DNA of 64,000 nucleotides, taken from positions 4,278,001 to 4,342,000 of the forward strand of contig NC_092674.1 in NCBI RefSeq assembly GCF_964355755.1, written 5' to 3'. A program made the translations under genes and the position numbers. The notes under the pieces were generated by a model. The model was not told the origin of the DNA. It did not search any database and was given only the letters and a program-made list of their open reading frames with translations. This stretch comes from Antedon mediterranea. Its lineage: Eukaryota; Animalia; Echinodermata. Shown piece by piece: positions 1 through 13,700 of the stretch (positions are counted from its first letter, which is position 1; the number at the start of each line of letters is the position of its first letter).

Positions 1-1553
1 AAGTTCGTACGCCCAACCCAATATTCTAAAAATATCTTAAGTAGACCTACTTACCTTTGAGTAACCCAAGGAAAAAATACCAGATAAACACCTGTTATAT
101 AATATAAATATTGATAATTAGACCTCATGGGTGGATATAGAAAATAAGAATATTACTAGGTCTATATACACGGCGACCGGGCACGCATATGAGTAGACTT
201 GCCCCAAGCCTGTATATTTATATTATTGTCTTTTTATTATGTTAGTCTACCATGAAGTATTATACGTTTGAAACGCCAAGTGTGCCAAAATATTTATCTT
301 TAAAAAATTATATTAAGTTGAAATTTCAGTCTAGAACCTAAGTATACAAGATTTACTCTTACATATGTTTCTTCAAACATGGTGCTTCAACTTAGGCTGT
401 TGCCCTTCAAATGAATAACCTATATATTTATTGCCTTACATTTCGTACGCAGGCATTTTGACCAATCACAAGCCGATTGTGTCAACTGTTGCTTGTGATT
501 GGTCAAGTTCCTTAAGTGCAACCAAAACCGCACGCGTTCGCTTCACGTGCTCACAAATTATTAAGTACAAAGTTCGTACGCCCAACCCAATATTCTAAAA
601 ATATCTTAAGTAGACCTACTTACCTTTGAGTAACCCAAGGAAAAAATACCAGATAAACACCTGTTATATAATATAAATATTGATAATTAAACCTCATGGG
701 TGGATATAGAAAATAAGAATATTACTAGGTCTATATACACGGCGACCGGGCACGCATATGAGTAGACTTGCCCCAAGCCTGTATATTTATATTATTCTCT
801 TTTTATTATGTTAGTCTACCATGAAGTATTATACGTATGAAACGCCAAGTGTGCCAAAATATTTATCTTTTAAAAATTATATTAAGTTGAAATTTCAGTC
901 TAGAACCTAAGTATACAAGATGTACTCTTACATATGTTTCTTCAAACATGGTGCTTCAACTTAGGCTGTTGCCCTTCAAATGAATAACCTATATATTTAT
1001 TGCCTTACATTTCGTACGCAGGCATTTTGACCAATCACAAGCCGATTGTGTCAACTGTTGCTTGTGATTGGTCAAGTTCTTTAAGTGCAACCAAAACCGC
1101 ACGCGTTCGCTTCACGTGCTCACAAATTATTAAGTACAAAGTTCGTACGCCCAACCCAATATTCTAAAAATATCTTAAGTAGACCTACTTACCTTTGAGT
1201 AACCCAAGGAAAAAATACCAGATAAACACCTGTTATATAATATAAATATTGATAATTAAACCTCATGGGTGGATATAGAAAATAAGAATATTACTAGGTC
1301 TATATACACGGCGACCGGGCACGCATATGAGTAGACTTGCCCCAAGCCTGTATATTTATATTATTCTCTTTTTATTATGTTAGTCTACCATGAAGTATTA
1401 TACATATGAAACGTCAAGTGTGCCAAAATATTTATCTTTTAAAAATTATATTAAGTTGAAATTTCAGTCTAGAACCTAAGTATACAAGATGTAGTCTTAC
1501 GTAAGTTTCTTCAAACATGGTACTTCAACTTAGGCTGTTGCCCTTCAAATTAA
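1..1553. repeat. Tandem repeat, 569-bp unit, ~2.7 copies visible (probably continues upstream of the window)
   Basis: The unit start AAGTTCGTACGCCCAACCC recurs at 1, 570 and 1139. Copies are nearly identical; the third breaks off near 1553. Confidence 0.95.
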
Positions 1554-3039
1554 TAAACTAAATAGTTTAATATTATATTATTATTGCCTTTAATACATTG
1601 TAACAAAGAGGATGTCATTCATATAGTACAGTAGGCCTACTTCTTCAATGTAGTATACACTTAAACCGTAAAAGATATCAATAATATTATATTATGCATT
1701 TAGGATATGATAATAAACTGACGTCTTTTCTTTTCTTATATAACATTTCGTATCATTATTAATTCCCTATGTCAATAACGTTTTGAATATGTTGACAATG
1801 AAAACGACAAAACTATTTTTAAAAGGATCAAGCAAGCTGCATAAAAGCTGTCAATAAATTAAATTATATAATATTGTTCATCCGTTTATAATAATATGAT
1901 AGCAGAATAAAGATTATAATAGGTCTTCAAAATCATGAAACCAATTTGTAATAAAGAAGAATCGATATCATACTTTGATCAGTTTTGGTGTTGGTGCCCA
2001 TATTGATTCATATAGCATAGGTTATTTAGGTCATCAATGTTTAGCACCTTCATCCCAGTTCAAAATCGTAAAGTTATCTCGCCTTAGAATGGCATTTTAT
2101 TATATTTCAGTGTGATAGTTTGAGCGATTAAAATGTTAGACAAGACCCTCACAACTCTCTTGATACCGTAATGATGGGAGCCTTCCGATATTTTGAGTCC
2201 GTCTCTCGATCTTCCAATAAAATGCAATTTCCTCCCCATATTTCTAATTTTTCTTACTCTTGATAAAGAAATAAGGGGAAAATATGCTAAATAGATCTGC
2301 AAGATGGTTTTGTAATAAATTCCTGTATTATTGTTTAATAATTGAGATAATGAGCTGTTATCGTATTTTCCTCCTTTGACCACATACCCATGTTTACTAT
2401 TATAAATACCTTTAAATGTTATATAGCGTTGGAAGGTCTGTAAACCTAATCTTTAATTGAAGCATATATAACGATAAATCGAATTGATGCTTTTTCAAAC
2501 GACCCGTTGAATAAAGTCCCCTGCGTTTATTTGAATAAATATCGGACCTAGGCAAAGTTATATCAGAGTGAACGACATGCCGCGGGTATAATGGAAACTG
2601 ATTATACCATAAAGTAAACATGTTACGATGTAGTCCAGATCTGGACTAAATATCCTATCTTTATCTGTTTAGGCCTTCTGCGTACCTCAACCATCCCCCT
2701 CCCCCACCCACACTCGGATGTTATGATCGGATCATCGCCGTTTGTACGCTAAGCTATACTGCTTCCGAACACAGCTAATCATTACTCAAGTTGTCGCTTT
2801 CCTTTGGGGATCCAAATCTGGAACCAAGTAAATCCCGCTACATCCGTATCATCTACTATATAGAGAAACAAAACAACAAGACGTTGGAATTACACAAATA
2901 TAAAGAAATAGAATTTGTAATTTAATGAGATCCAAGCAAAGCGAATTGTAATTTCTGTCGTCGTCTTCAGAAAAGGAAAAACAACTCTGATATCGGCATC
3001 CTTTCATTCGGATTTTTTTTTTTAAAGAATAATTCTATT

Positions 3040-3560
3040 TAATTCACATTTATTTAGTCATCGTTTATAATTTCAGTGTATTTGATGGCAAGGGTCCTGC
3101 ATAAAGCAATTTACCATTCTGTTTTCGAAGGTCCCTTTTACATAAATACATAAAACACAACATAAATCAAATAAAAGTTAGAAGGAAACGACATTTCTTA
3201 TATACATTTTGGTGTTGTTCATCAGCATAAAGCGATAAATAGTGATTCTTAACATGTTTATTTATACGTTTATTTTTTCTTTCAAAAATATTCAGTTTAT
3301 TACCATCAGTACATGTGAATTCCTTCAACAATTTGGGTCAATCTTGTGAATAGAATTTCAAATTCAGTTTCTGTTTTGAGGGTATGGGTAAAACTGGCAC
3401 AGTAACTAAACATATTTAAAATGTGATGTTCTAACTCTTTCAATCTTACATTTGCCATAAATCCTATACGATTATCATGCATTGGTATAGCGTATCAGCA
3501 TACCATTTTACTTACCACTAAATCTAAAACCAAATACCCATCATAAATTCATTTAAAACA
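3040..3560 (-). mobile_element. Decayed 3' end of a non-LTR retrotransposon (L2/Crack-like)
   Basis: Related tail sequence (...GGCAAGGGTCCTGCATA...CTGTTTTCG...) recurs at ~19120-19315 and ~62130-62640. The minus strand reads like a stop-interrupted ORF2 C-terminus followed by an AT-rich tail. Confidence 0.5.
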
Positions 3561-4769
3561 AAATACAAACAAATACTTATTTAGAACATTACACAATTGC
3601 CTTAAGAATGTATTTTTTTGTCTTTATTGTGAATTTTTATTTCTCTCACATTTAAATAGTAATATATATTTATTTATCTGGAGCACCAAACTTAAAGCCT
3701 TGTCTTAATGCGTTCTCCTCACACAATTATATTAATTAATTTATGTTTCTGTATATATTCTGTATATGTGTATTGTGTGAAACAATAAACATGAAACTAA
3801 GTTGATTTACCACCATTATTAGACTCTACAGCTCACTATATCGGTCGGTCGGTTGGTCGAATGGTCGGTCTGTTGGTAGGTCAGTAAACACTAACAAATT
3901 TGAGCAGATGACTGCAGCCATGGCCTTGTTTTACTACTAGGACTAGACGAAAAACAATGTATCCTCTCACTCGCCAATATTTTACCTTATTCAAAGCCTC
4001 TATTCACATACAACTTAATCATGATTTTATTTTTTAAATAATAATAAAAGCTAATTGTATCAGCTAAGAATCAGTCCACACTATATATAATTGAATTAAA
4101 GTATACCACCAAGGCCGTAGCGAGGTGTTAGAAACAGACAAGGCAAAGATGCTTTAAATATAATTATTAAATATAAAATATGACGATCTGTGCCTGGGAA
4201 GTGGAGTATAGATAGGTAGTGAAAAGTGAAAATGTCAGACTAGGCGAGCGCCTCATCTGCTTCATGTTGGCTATGGCCCTGTCGTTAGTGATCTAATGGT
4301 AGAGCGTATATCAATCAGAAGATTCCGGATTCGAATCTATGTTGGATAGCTTCTCATTTTCATTTCCTCGTCCTAACCGATTAAAATCATTTCTAATAAC
4401 TCCTCTTGTGGTTGCTAAGATGCCTGTAAATGTATAGGCCTATAACTTAATAATACACGACTAAATTCGCCCTTTATCTGTTATTTTTGCGGCCATCTCT
4501 ACGACTATTAACGTTAATATCAACTGTGTCATTATCGTCACTTAATGAGTATGTTAACTGTTATCCAGATCACAGGATAAAAGCATTTCTATGTTTATAA
4601 ATGTAAAATGTTCACAATAGCCATCTGCCTATGTGATCCATGTATTTTCTAGCCGTCAATCTAATAGAATCTAAATCTCATATTTGACCGTGATTCGCTT
4701 TACTTGGCTTTATCATGTTCTAACGCAGGTAAATTTTGTTTCATGTTTTGATAATGTTCTGGACGCTCA

Positions 4770-5650
4770 AGGTTGCATTTTTATTTAAAAGTGATACAAT
4801 GTTGTACTGAATTTAACAAAAACTGTTGAATAAAATTAATACTTATGAAGAAGTTGTTAATCAAAATTTGTGGGGAAACAACTATATTGTGTGCAAAAAA
4901 GGTCTTTGTTTTATAAAAATTGGTTTGATTCTGGATTTAAAAAAAATATTTGATATAATTAATTTTAACCGTTTGAAAACATCTAATGAAATCCTTGAAA
5001 CACTATGTAATAAAATAAACTGGCTCATGGAATATGCTTCCTTAGTTGATGCTATTCCAAAAGATTGGAATAATATAATTAAAAATTACAACAAGAACGG
5101 GCCTACAAATATTAAAGATGAGTGCATCATAACTAATGACGCCTATATGCTGGAAACAAAACTTATATATTCGTACTTTAGTAAAGAAAAATTTATTTAT
5201 CCGCATGTTATGGGCAATGGAATGGAACACTCAAAATATAAATTGGAGTGACGTTTGGATAAAAAAAGTGAAAAATTAAAAAAACAAAAAATATGCACAA
5301 CTAAATTACAAGCTGTTGAACAAAATTGTTCCGACTAATCAACGGCTTCATAAGTGGAATGTGAAAAAGAATAATGTATGTGACTTATGTGGGGTAATTG
5401 AAGACGAAAAACACATGTTTTTTTAATGCATATGAAATAAAACTTTATGGAAAAATAGGTATAGATAACATTTTTAAAAATATTGACAATGGCAGAAGCT
5501 CTTTTAGAGAACTTCTTTTAGGTCTGATTGTTCATACAAAAATAACTTGTATTCAATTGCTGTCTTCTCAATATATAACATTAAAGATATATTGTCCCTT
5601 GTCAAATTCCAAAAAAATTAAAATTTAAAGATTTCGAAAAAAAGTGGGTA
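4770..5650 (+). mobile_element. Degenerate L1/Tx1-like LINE, ORF2 C-terminal (zf-RVT) region
   Basis: Frameshifted peptides NQNLWGNNYI...LVDAIPKDW and NYKLLNKIVPTNQRLHKWNVKKNNVCDLCGVIEDEKHMFF match the CxxC...H zinc-binding region that follows RT in L1/Tx1 elements. A probable 3' UTR continues to ~6720 (AATAAAGGTGGTGG), with an inverted relative at ~8990-9410. Confidence 0.7.
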
Positions 5651-6334
5651 ATTTTGAACTATCATAATAGTTATTAACTTTCACAAAAAATTAGTCGAAA
5701 AGAAAATCATTTAACTGAAATACAGACGTTTTTTGGTTCAAAAAATAACTTTGACTTCCAGTCAAAGTTTTCAATCAAAAGATATCTCATAATGCAATGC
5801 GCTTGTTTGGCTACTCTGTATGCATAATCATAAACTTCCTCGCGATCTGTGTGAAAACACCTTCTTAACCGTGACAAGTTGTAAACAATCCTAATTAGCA
5901 TCATGCATAATGCATACTCATGGTTTGAAATCTTTGTTTACTTTCGCTCGCGACTATTTTCCAGACAAAATGTAATAAAATAAATTTAGCTGTTAATTAC
6001 GTAAAATTGTTGTATGGCTTGAATTTTCGACTTAAAGTGAATAACTTTAATATTATTTTGATATGGCCAATTAAAATTTAGTATATTTTGACCTTCATTT
6101 TTTTGTGTTTCAACAAACCAGTGTGTAAAAACTCCTGGATTGTATTTAAGTCTATTGTTAAGGATCTGAACAAACTAACGCTCATATAATGTTAAAAGAG
6201 TTACCTAATTAATTTTTATGAATACTATAATATCTTGAATGATGTATTTTTTTAAACGTTGTTTTATATCTTTGTATATAATGTCTATAAGATGTATATA
6301 AATGGGTATGAATTAACAGTGTATGAAACAATAC

Positions 6335-6435
<101 letters not shown>

Positions 6436-7753
6436 TTGTGGGTGTCTGTGTACAATGTGAAAAAATATAAGAAAACCATGAAAACAGGAGGATAATATTG
6501 GAAACAATATGTGAACAACTAAAATGTACAAAAATTACGGATAAATTTTTGTTTTTGATTTTGAGCAGAATAATATTTAAAAAAATGTAAGATATTAACA
6601 GAAAACAATATAATTAAAGAAAGAACATATGAAGACAGGTATTACTGATTTATTTGTAATGTATTTAATTATGATATGAAAGAATAAAGGTGGTGGTTCA
6701 CGCCACAAAAGAGAAAACAAAATGTTCTGGACATTTTACTATAGCAATTGGTGCTACTAAAAAAACTATTTTGATGTTTACCATGGTTCACGCCAGATTT
6801 ATCAGTGCTGCATCTCCACATACTACTAATACTATTTGCCCAGTATCATGACAATATCCCAGAATACTGCATCTCATGTATGTCACATGTGTTGTATCAT
6901 GTAAATGGTTACGGTAGGTTGTTATAGGCCTATGTTGGTTGTTATAGGTTGATACATGTGAAACACATGTCGCTGTATTACCGAATCGTCCTATGATACT
7001 GGAGAAATTAGTCGACACGAAATCAAATTATTATGTGTTACAGCAAATCACACATTAGCATATGTTTTACTACGTGTCTTGCATGTCTATATTTGAAATT
7101 AGAATTCTGTAGCCTTCCGACGTCTTGGAAATTAAGATACCAATTAAAGAAGATAGACTTGCATGCACTTTTCAACTATTGTTGAAATCGTATTCGTAAT
7201 TTCTTATAATTAGTCTCACTGTAATTTGTTTGGGATCCAATAGCCAAGTGTTCTTAAAATGTCTGTTTTAAAACCATTATTAACACAACAACGTGTTTAA
7301 TATTAAAAACATGTATGTCAACAGCTTTTGATTATGATTCCTATTAAAATCATTATTTAAAATCTACCAGGCGGCGTCGTGGGAGATCCGTTTTCATTAT
7401 TTTCTTTTAGCAATTTAGGTGTCTGCATCTGCCGGAAATCGCGCTTTTCAGCTTGCCTCCTCCATCCTTCTTCGCTCTGATCGAAACGGAGTAGTTTCAA
7501 CGAATGCACACTATATTAATAGATATCATTGTATTTTTTTTATAATCCTGCTAATAAGTGAATGATAGAACGCTGTAGCAAGACTCAGTCAATCTATGTC
7601 ACGTTAATGAATGATTGGATGTTCCATTGTGTTTCTAATTGTACTGTATTATTATTGTATATTTCATTTCATTATCGCTTTCTCAACAGACTGAAGTGTC
7701 TCTGCAGCTCCTCGTTTCCTAGTTGTTCACAGGATCAGTGCACACACATAAAC

Positions 7754-10700
7754 ATGTTCTCGTCGCAACTGTTGATAACCTGTTCTATTCTAGGTATGTA
7801 CAGTATTATGCTTGCCCAAAGGGTGTAGTTATTGTCTATTTTTATGTTAGTCAATTTTTGTCTGTACATATGAAACGCCATACATGCCAACATATGTATG
7901 TATTTACTAATATTAAGTCAAAACTCAGTCTACAACCTAGACTAGGTACCATGTATTTGTAAATTAATGAATATTTTTACCCTCTTTAACTTAGTGAAGA
8001 TAATTCGTATCCGATATTCAGGTAGAGACCGCCGCTCAGGCCAGATTGTTAGTGCGTTGGCCTGGGTACGATTCTTATTTTTTCTTACATATATGCACAT
8101 ATTGAGATAGCTAGGCCTACCCACTCAGGCATGGGTGGGTATTCTTCTAGCTTATGACCGCAGTAAAGGAAATCTTTATTATGTTATCGTAAGATTTATA
8201 GCAGCTTGTGTTTTCGATATACTATTTTTAATTTATACTTTAACAGTATAATATATCGTTCGTAATTTCTTAATGGGGTGTGCCGTAATTCATAATATTA
8301 CGCTTAGTAGCAGCAAATGCTCGGTAACTTGTTTAGAATGTTGAAATATTTAATAATCAATTTCATAGTTTACTCCAAACGTGTTCCTGGTATCGCTATA
8401 TATTATATATTATTAAACTATACATTGTTTCTATATACGAATCTAGTGACAGGATAAAACTACTTAATACATTGAAGACAGTTACAATCTATGTATATAG
8501 ACGGTTTAAAAAAGTTTCTGTTAAAGATGTATTGTCCTCCAAAAACATGAAAAATGAAGATTAATTAAATCCGACTTTGGATATGTTATTTTGTAGTTTT
8601 AATAAATTTAATCACTTCCATATAGAAAAAAAAATGTTTTCACCTATAAATTGACAAAATAAATGGTTAAATTCAACCAAAAAGCCAATTTGGTCATTTT
8701 TCTCTTTAAATTACAGTTTTTCAGGTAAATATACATTTTTTTTTATCCAATTTTTGGTCAAAGTGTATAACTATTATGTTACATTAAAATGGCATATTCA
8801 ACAAACATTTTGTTAAGAATTATTTTTTAAGAGGGACAATTATAAATCTTTAACTACTCCCAGGTTGTAGTTATTTTGATGCTTTTCGATGTTTGTCTGA
8901 AATACAAGTGTACAAGCTCAAGTAGTATACGTATGAAACGCCTTATGTGCCATAATATTGATCTTTTTACTAATATTATTTTTTTGGTGTAAATTTTGTG
9001 GTTCACCACCACTTTTATTCATTCAATGATTCATTATATAATTTCTAAACATTTTCTACCTTTTGTCATTATTTTCTGTTTTTTCATTCATAATTTTAAC
9101 CTTTAGTATCATACCAATAATACAAAATATTTACTTCTTAACATTCTTTTTTTTTGTGTTAAATCCTCTATTTACAATAACCAATCAAATGCATTAAGTA
9201 TGTTTACATATAGACATAGGCATTCATCATATGCATAATGTTCACCTTTATTATATATATTATTCTAAAAATATGATTTGCCTTAAATATTTATATTCAA
9301 TATAAATACTTTTAAGCATAATGGAACTTAGACAAAAAAATATTGCATTCATGCATGGAGGTATAAAATTAGAGAATACCTCCATGATTCATGTCTCCAT
9401 TTTATTTTATAAACTAATATTAAGTCAAAACTCCGCCTGGAACCCAGACTACTACCAATGGGGCTTGTGCGCACTAACATTGACTTCTTTAAAAACTTCC
9501 CGCTCTATTATCCCAATCATAGTTAAACAATGAAAACATATGTGTGAATATTTCACCAGATAAATGACGCTTTTATTTCTTTGCTAAAGCACTTCATCAG
9601 TTGGTATTTTGCTGCGAAAGTGGATGGTTTCCCTGTGGCGATGATAATAGTGAATGTTTACCACAGGCGGTACAATGTGATGACGTCATAGATTGCGATA
9701 ACGCGGCAGATGAAGATGGGTGTGGTATGTCATTTTTATAGTCTTTTAAATTTTCAATTATGCATGGATTTGTGAATGTTATCGTGCCACCGAGAACTGT
9801 TCTAAGCGTATAATTTATTTTTACCTCCATGGGTTAGGGTGGTCCGAATGTAATTTATGAATTAGTATCTAAAAAATATAAAAAGAATAGTTACATTACA
9901 AATGTAAACATAAATACAAGAATAATATTGAAGAGTTGAAAAAGCAGGGTTCTAACGTCGAATTACCGCCAGTGACACGTCACAGGCTCAACACATCGCT
10001 AGACTTAAATAGATTATTTCTTGCTAAGCAATCATATCTACTATGATGTTCTCTTTCTGTTATTAATATATAGGACAATATTTTGATGTCAGTTTAGTAG
10101 AAAACCAATCTGTAAGATAAGAATGTCAATTCATGTAATTGATTAACGCAATTTAGTAAAAACATTACAATCATGCATATATGAAGGAAACTTAAAGGTT
10201 TGTGACCATGAACGAGTTTACGAATACCCAAGTCGGTAATAATAATATTTTCAATTTATTTTATTAAATTTCCCATGTGTAATATAGATTATGCAATTTT
10301 AGCCTTCATCAATCAAACAAATCGATATAAAATATTACATAAAACATTATTACAATATTTGTACATTTTTTCTCATTATTTTTAAATCCTTTCTCCGAAA
10401 AATTGAAAGCCAATATATTTTGATCATGATTATGCATGATGATCAATTATAGACGAGGCCCGAGACGAAAGGTAATTACTGCGAATAAATCGGCGTTATG
10501 TAACTAAGTGATCGACCACGTGACAACCATCCCATTCAAAGTTGGTGCCCTTGCAGCGTAGATGTTAAAACCCCTCACCAACAACGTTACGGACAGGCGT
10601 AGATGAGCGTCATAACTTGACTTTTTACTTTGATATCATGTATTACATTTCAATACAATATACTTTAAAAATAAAAATTATAAATGATATAACAAAATTA

Positions 10701-13700
10701 CACTACAAAAGAAAATTCATTCACGTCAAAATACAGGGAAAAACAAAAAATAAAATAATATATATAACATAGGCCTACTTATACCTTTAACCTGTAAATT
10801 ATATTGCTTGTATAAAAAATATTGATTCTCTCAAAACTAATAATAACTATAAGTATCATTCTCAATCGTTCTAGAATTATTGCATCGTTAATTCGTTGTT
10901 ATGGTTTCAAGCTCTAAACCAACCAATCAAATTGAAGCAGATTGATCAAACTTAACCGAAATAACAAAGATTGTTATAACATTAACTGCGTATTATCCAA
11001 GCACATATCTAGTTGTCTTCAATGATGTACGTCCATAGTTAATTATATTTTGAGTTATTACATTATGTTTTGTAACGGAGTACAGTATTATGATGTGTTT
11101 AATGAGATATATTAATATGCTCTTTCGTTTCGGTTCCCACGTGGACGCAACGCAATAATTTGACCCGTCTCACAAAGCAACAGTTCGGATACCGTGATTG
11201 GTCAAAATTGCTTGCCGTTTGCTTACGTCCTTGCGTTGCGTCTTTGAAATGGGAGCCAATCTTTAAGCGTGGTTCTCACTAGCGACGCAACGCAAGGACG
11301 TAACGCAACGCAAGTGAATTGACCAATCACAAGCGATGGCTTATTCGCTTGTGATTGCTAACTGTCTATAACTCCGCTTGTCATTGGTTAAAACGCTTGC
11401 GTTGCGTTTACGTCCTTGCGTTACGTTCTAGTGGGAACCAAGCTTTACGCTGCGTCCTAGTGGGAACCAATTTTTACGTTGGGTCCTAGTGGGAACCAAT
11501 ATTTACATTGGGTCCTAGTGAGAACCAATCTTTACATTGCGTCCTAGTGGGAACCAATCTTTACATTGCGCTTTAGCGGGAAACCAATCTTTACATTAAG
11601 TCTTAAGCTTGGTTCCCACTAGAACGTAACGCAAGGACGTAAACGCAACACAAGCGCGTTGACCAATGACAATCGAAGTTATAGACAGTTAGCAATCACA
11701 AGGGAATAAGCCATCGCTTGTGATTGGTCAATTCACTTGCGTTGCGTTATGTCCTTGCGTTGCGTCGCTAGTGGGAACCACGCTTAAGCTTGGTTCCCAC
11801 TAGAACGTAACGCAAGGACGTAAACGCAACGCAAGCGTTTTAACCAATGACAAGCGACGTTATAGACAGTTAGCAATCACAAGCGAATAAGCCATCGCTT
11901 GTTATTGGTCAATTCACTTGCGTTGCGTTACGTCCATGTGTGGCGTCGCTAGTGGGAACCACGCTTTAAGTGGGAACCAATATTTACATTGCGTCCAATT
12001 GGGACTCCAATCTTTACGTTGCGTCCTAAAGCGTGGTTCCCACTAGCGACGCAACACAAGGACGTAACGAAACGCAGGTGAATTGACCAATCACAAATGA
12101 TGGCTTATTTGCTTGTGATTGCTAAAGCGTGGTTCCCACTAGCGATGCAACACAAGGACGTAACGCAACGCAAGTGAACTGACCAATCACAAGCGATGGC
12201 TTATTCGCTTGTGATTGATAACTGTCTATAACTTCGCTTGTCATTGGTTAAAACGCTTGCGTTGCGTTTACGTCCTTGCGTTTCGTTCTAGTGGGAACCA
12301 AGCTTAACTGTCTATAACTTCGCTTGTCATTGGTTAAAACGCTTGCGTTGCGTTTACGTCCTTGTGTTACGTTCTAGTGGCAACCAAGCTTTAGTTTGAA
12401 CCAATCTTTACATTGCGTCGTAGTGGGAACCAAATGTTGTGTGTGTTGGGTGAGAATCTTTGATTCGTCACTGAATAGAGAGAATATTTAATTCGTTTAA
12501 AGATTGACTGTTCTATTTAAGCTTGGTTCCCTTTAGAACGTAACGCAAGGACGTAAACGCAACGCAAGCGTTTTAACCAATGACAAGCAAAGTTATAGAC
12601 AGCTAGTTAGCAATCACAAGTGAATAAGGCATCGCTTGTGATTGGTCAATTCACTTGCGTTGCGTTACGTCCTTGCGTTGCGTCACTAGTGGGAACCACG
12701 CTTTAACTCAGCTCCGCCTCGTATAGAACAGAAAACTCCTGAAACATTCTCACATTTAACTCATAAACATTCATAAAGCGCTGTTCCTACTAGAACGCAA
12801 CGCAGCGACGTATCGACGCAAAGTGCTGTATTGCGTAATCACAAGTGGGAACCGACGACGCAATAGTGCTGCAAACATCACAGGTTTGATTTCACGCAGG
12901 CGGGGGCAAAAACAATTATTAGAAGGGCATTTGCTTACGTTGCGTAACTTGCGTTACGTTGCGTCGCTACTGGGAACCACGCTTTATTTGTATGAAAGTT
13001 GATGACCACTATTGTAGAAAGTATTGCCTAGAGGATGTTGATCAATGCAATTACTTAAGCTTGGTTCCCACTAGCGACGCAACGTAACGCAATCTACGCA
13101 ACGTAAGCAAATGCCCTTCTAATAATTGTGTTTTTCCCCCGCCTGCTTGAAATCAAACGTTGTTTGCAGCACTTTGCGTCGATACGTCGCTGCGTTACGT
13201 TCTAGTGGGAACCACGCTTTATTACTGTGCCAGATGAAACTGGCAAACAACAGACATCAAATAATAAGAAAAAAAACATGATTTTTTAACAAACAAGGGT
13301 TATAAAAAGTATATCAAGCTTGCAATTCATCACACAGCCTGATAACCTGCGCGTAACACGTCTGATAACCGTACCTAAAAAATATAAACATCCAGACCTG
13401 AAAAATTTACACTTTCTCTGGAAAAAAAATAGAAACAAGTGTTTCTCAATTGATTTGTGTCATATGGGGTCTATATATCCACCAAAAAAGTTCCAGCTCA
13501 TCTGGCCTGGGAAAAGTCGCCATTTGAATTTCAAAATAGACGCCATAAAATACAGGTTTTTGCTCATATCTCCTCTTCTACATCATGTATTTCTTTTTGT
13601 CTTATGTGGGTTCATCCCACTTTCATTTCCATTATATACATTTTCCTTTAAATACTGTATATTAATGTATACACATTTGTATATTAATGTATACACATTT

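Noticed and set aside
4280-4350. tRNA-like A/B-box sequence
   Set aside because: No complete cloverleaf; more likely a decayed SINE head.
11447-11600. CRISPR-like regular ~30-bp repeats
   Set aside because: No unique spacers; eukaryotic context; units derive from the MITE terminus.
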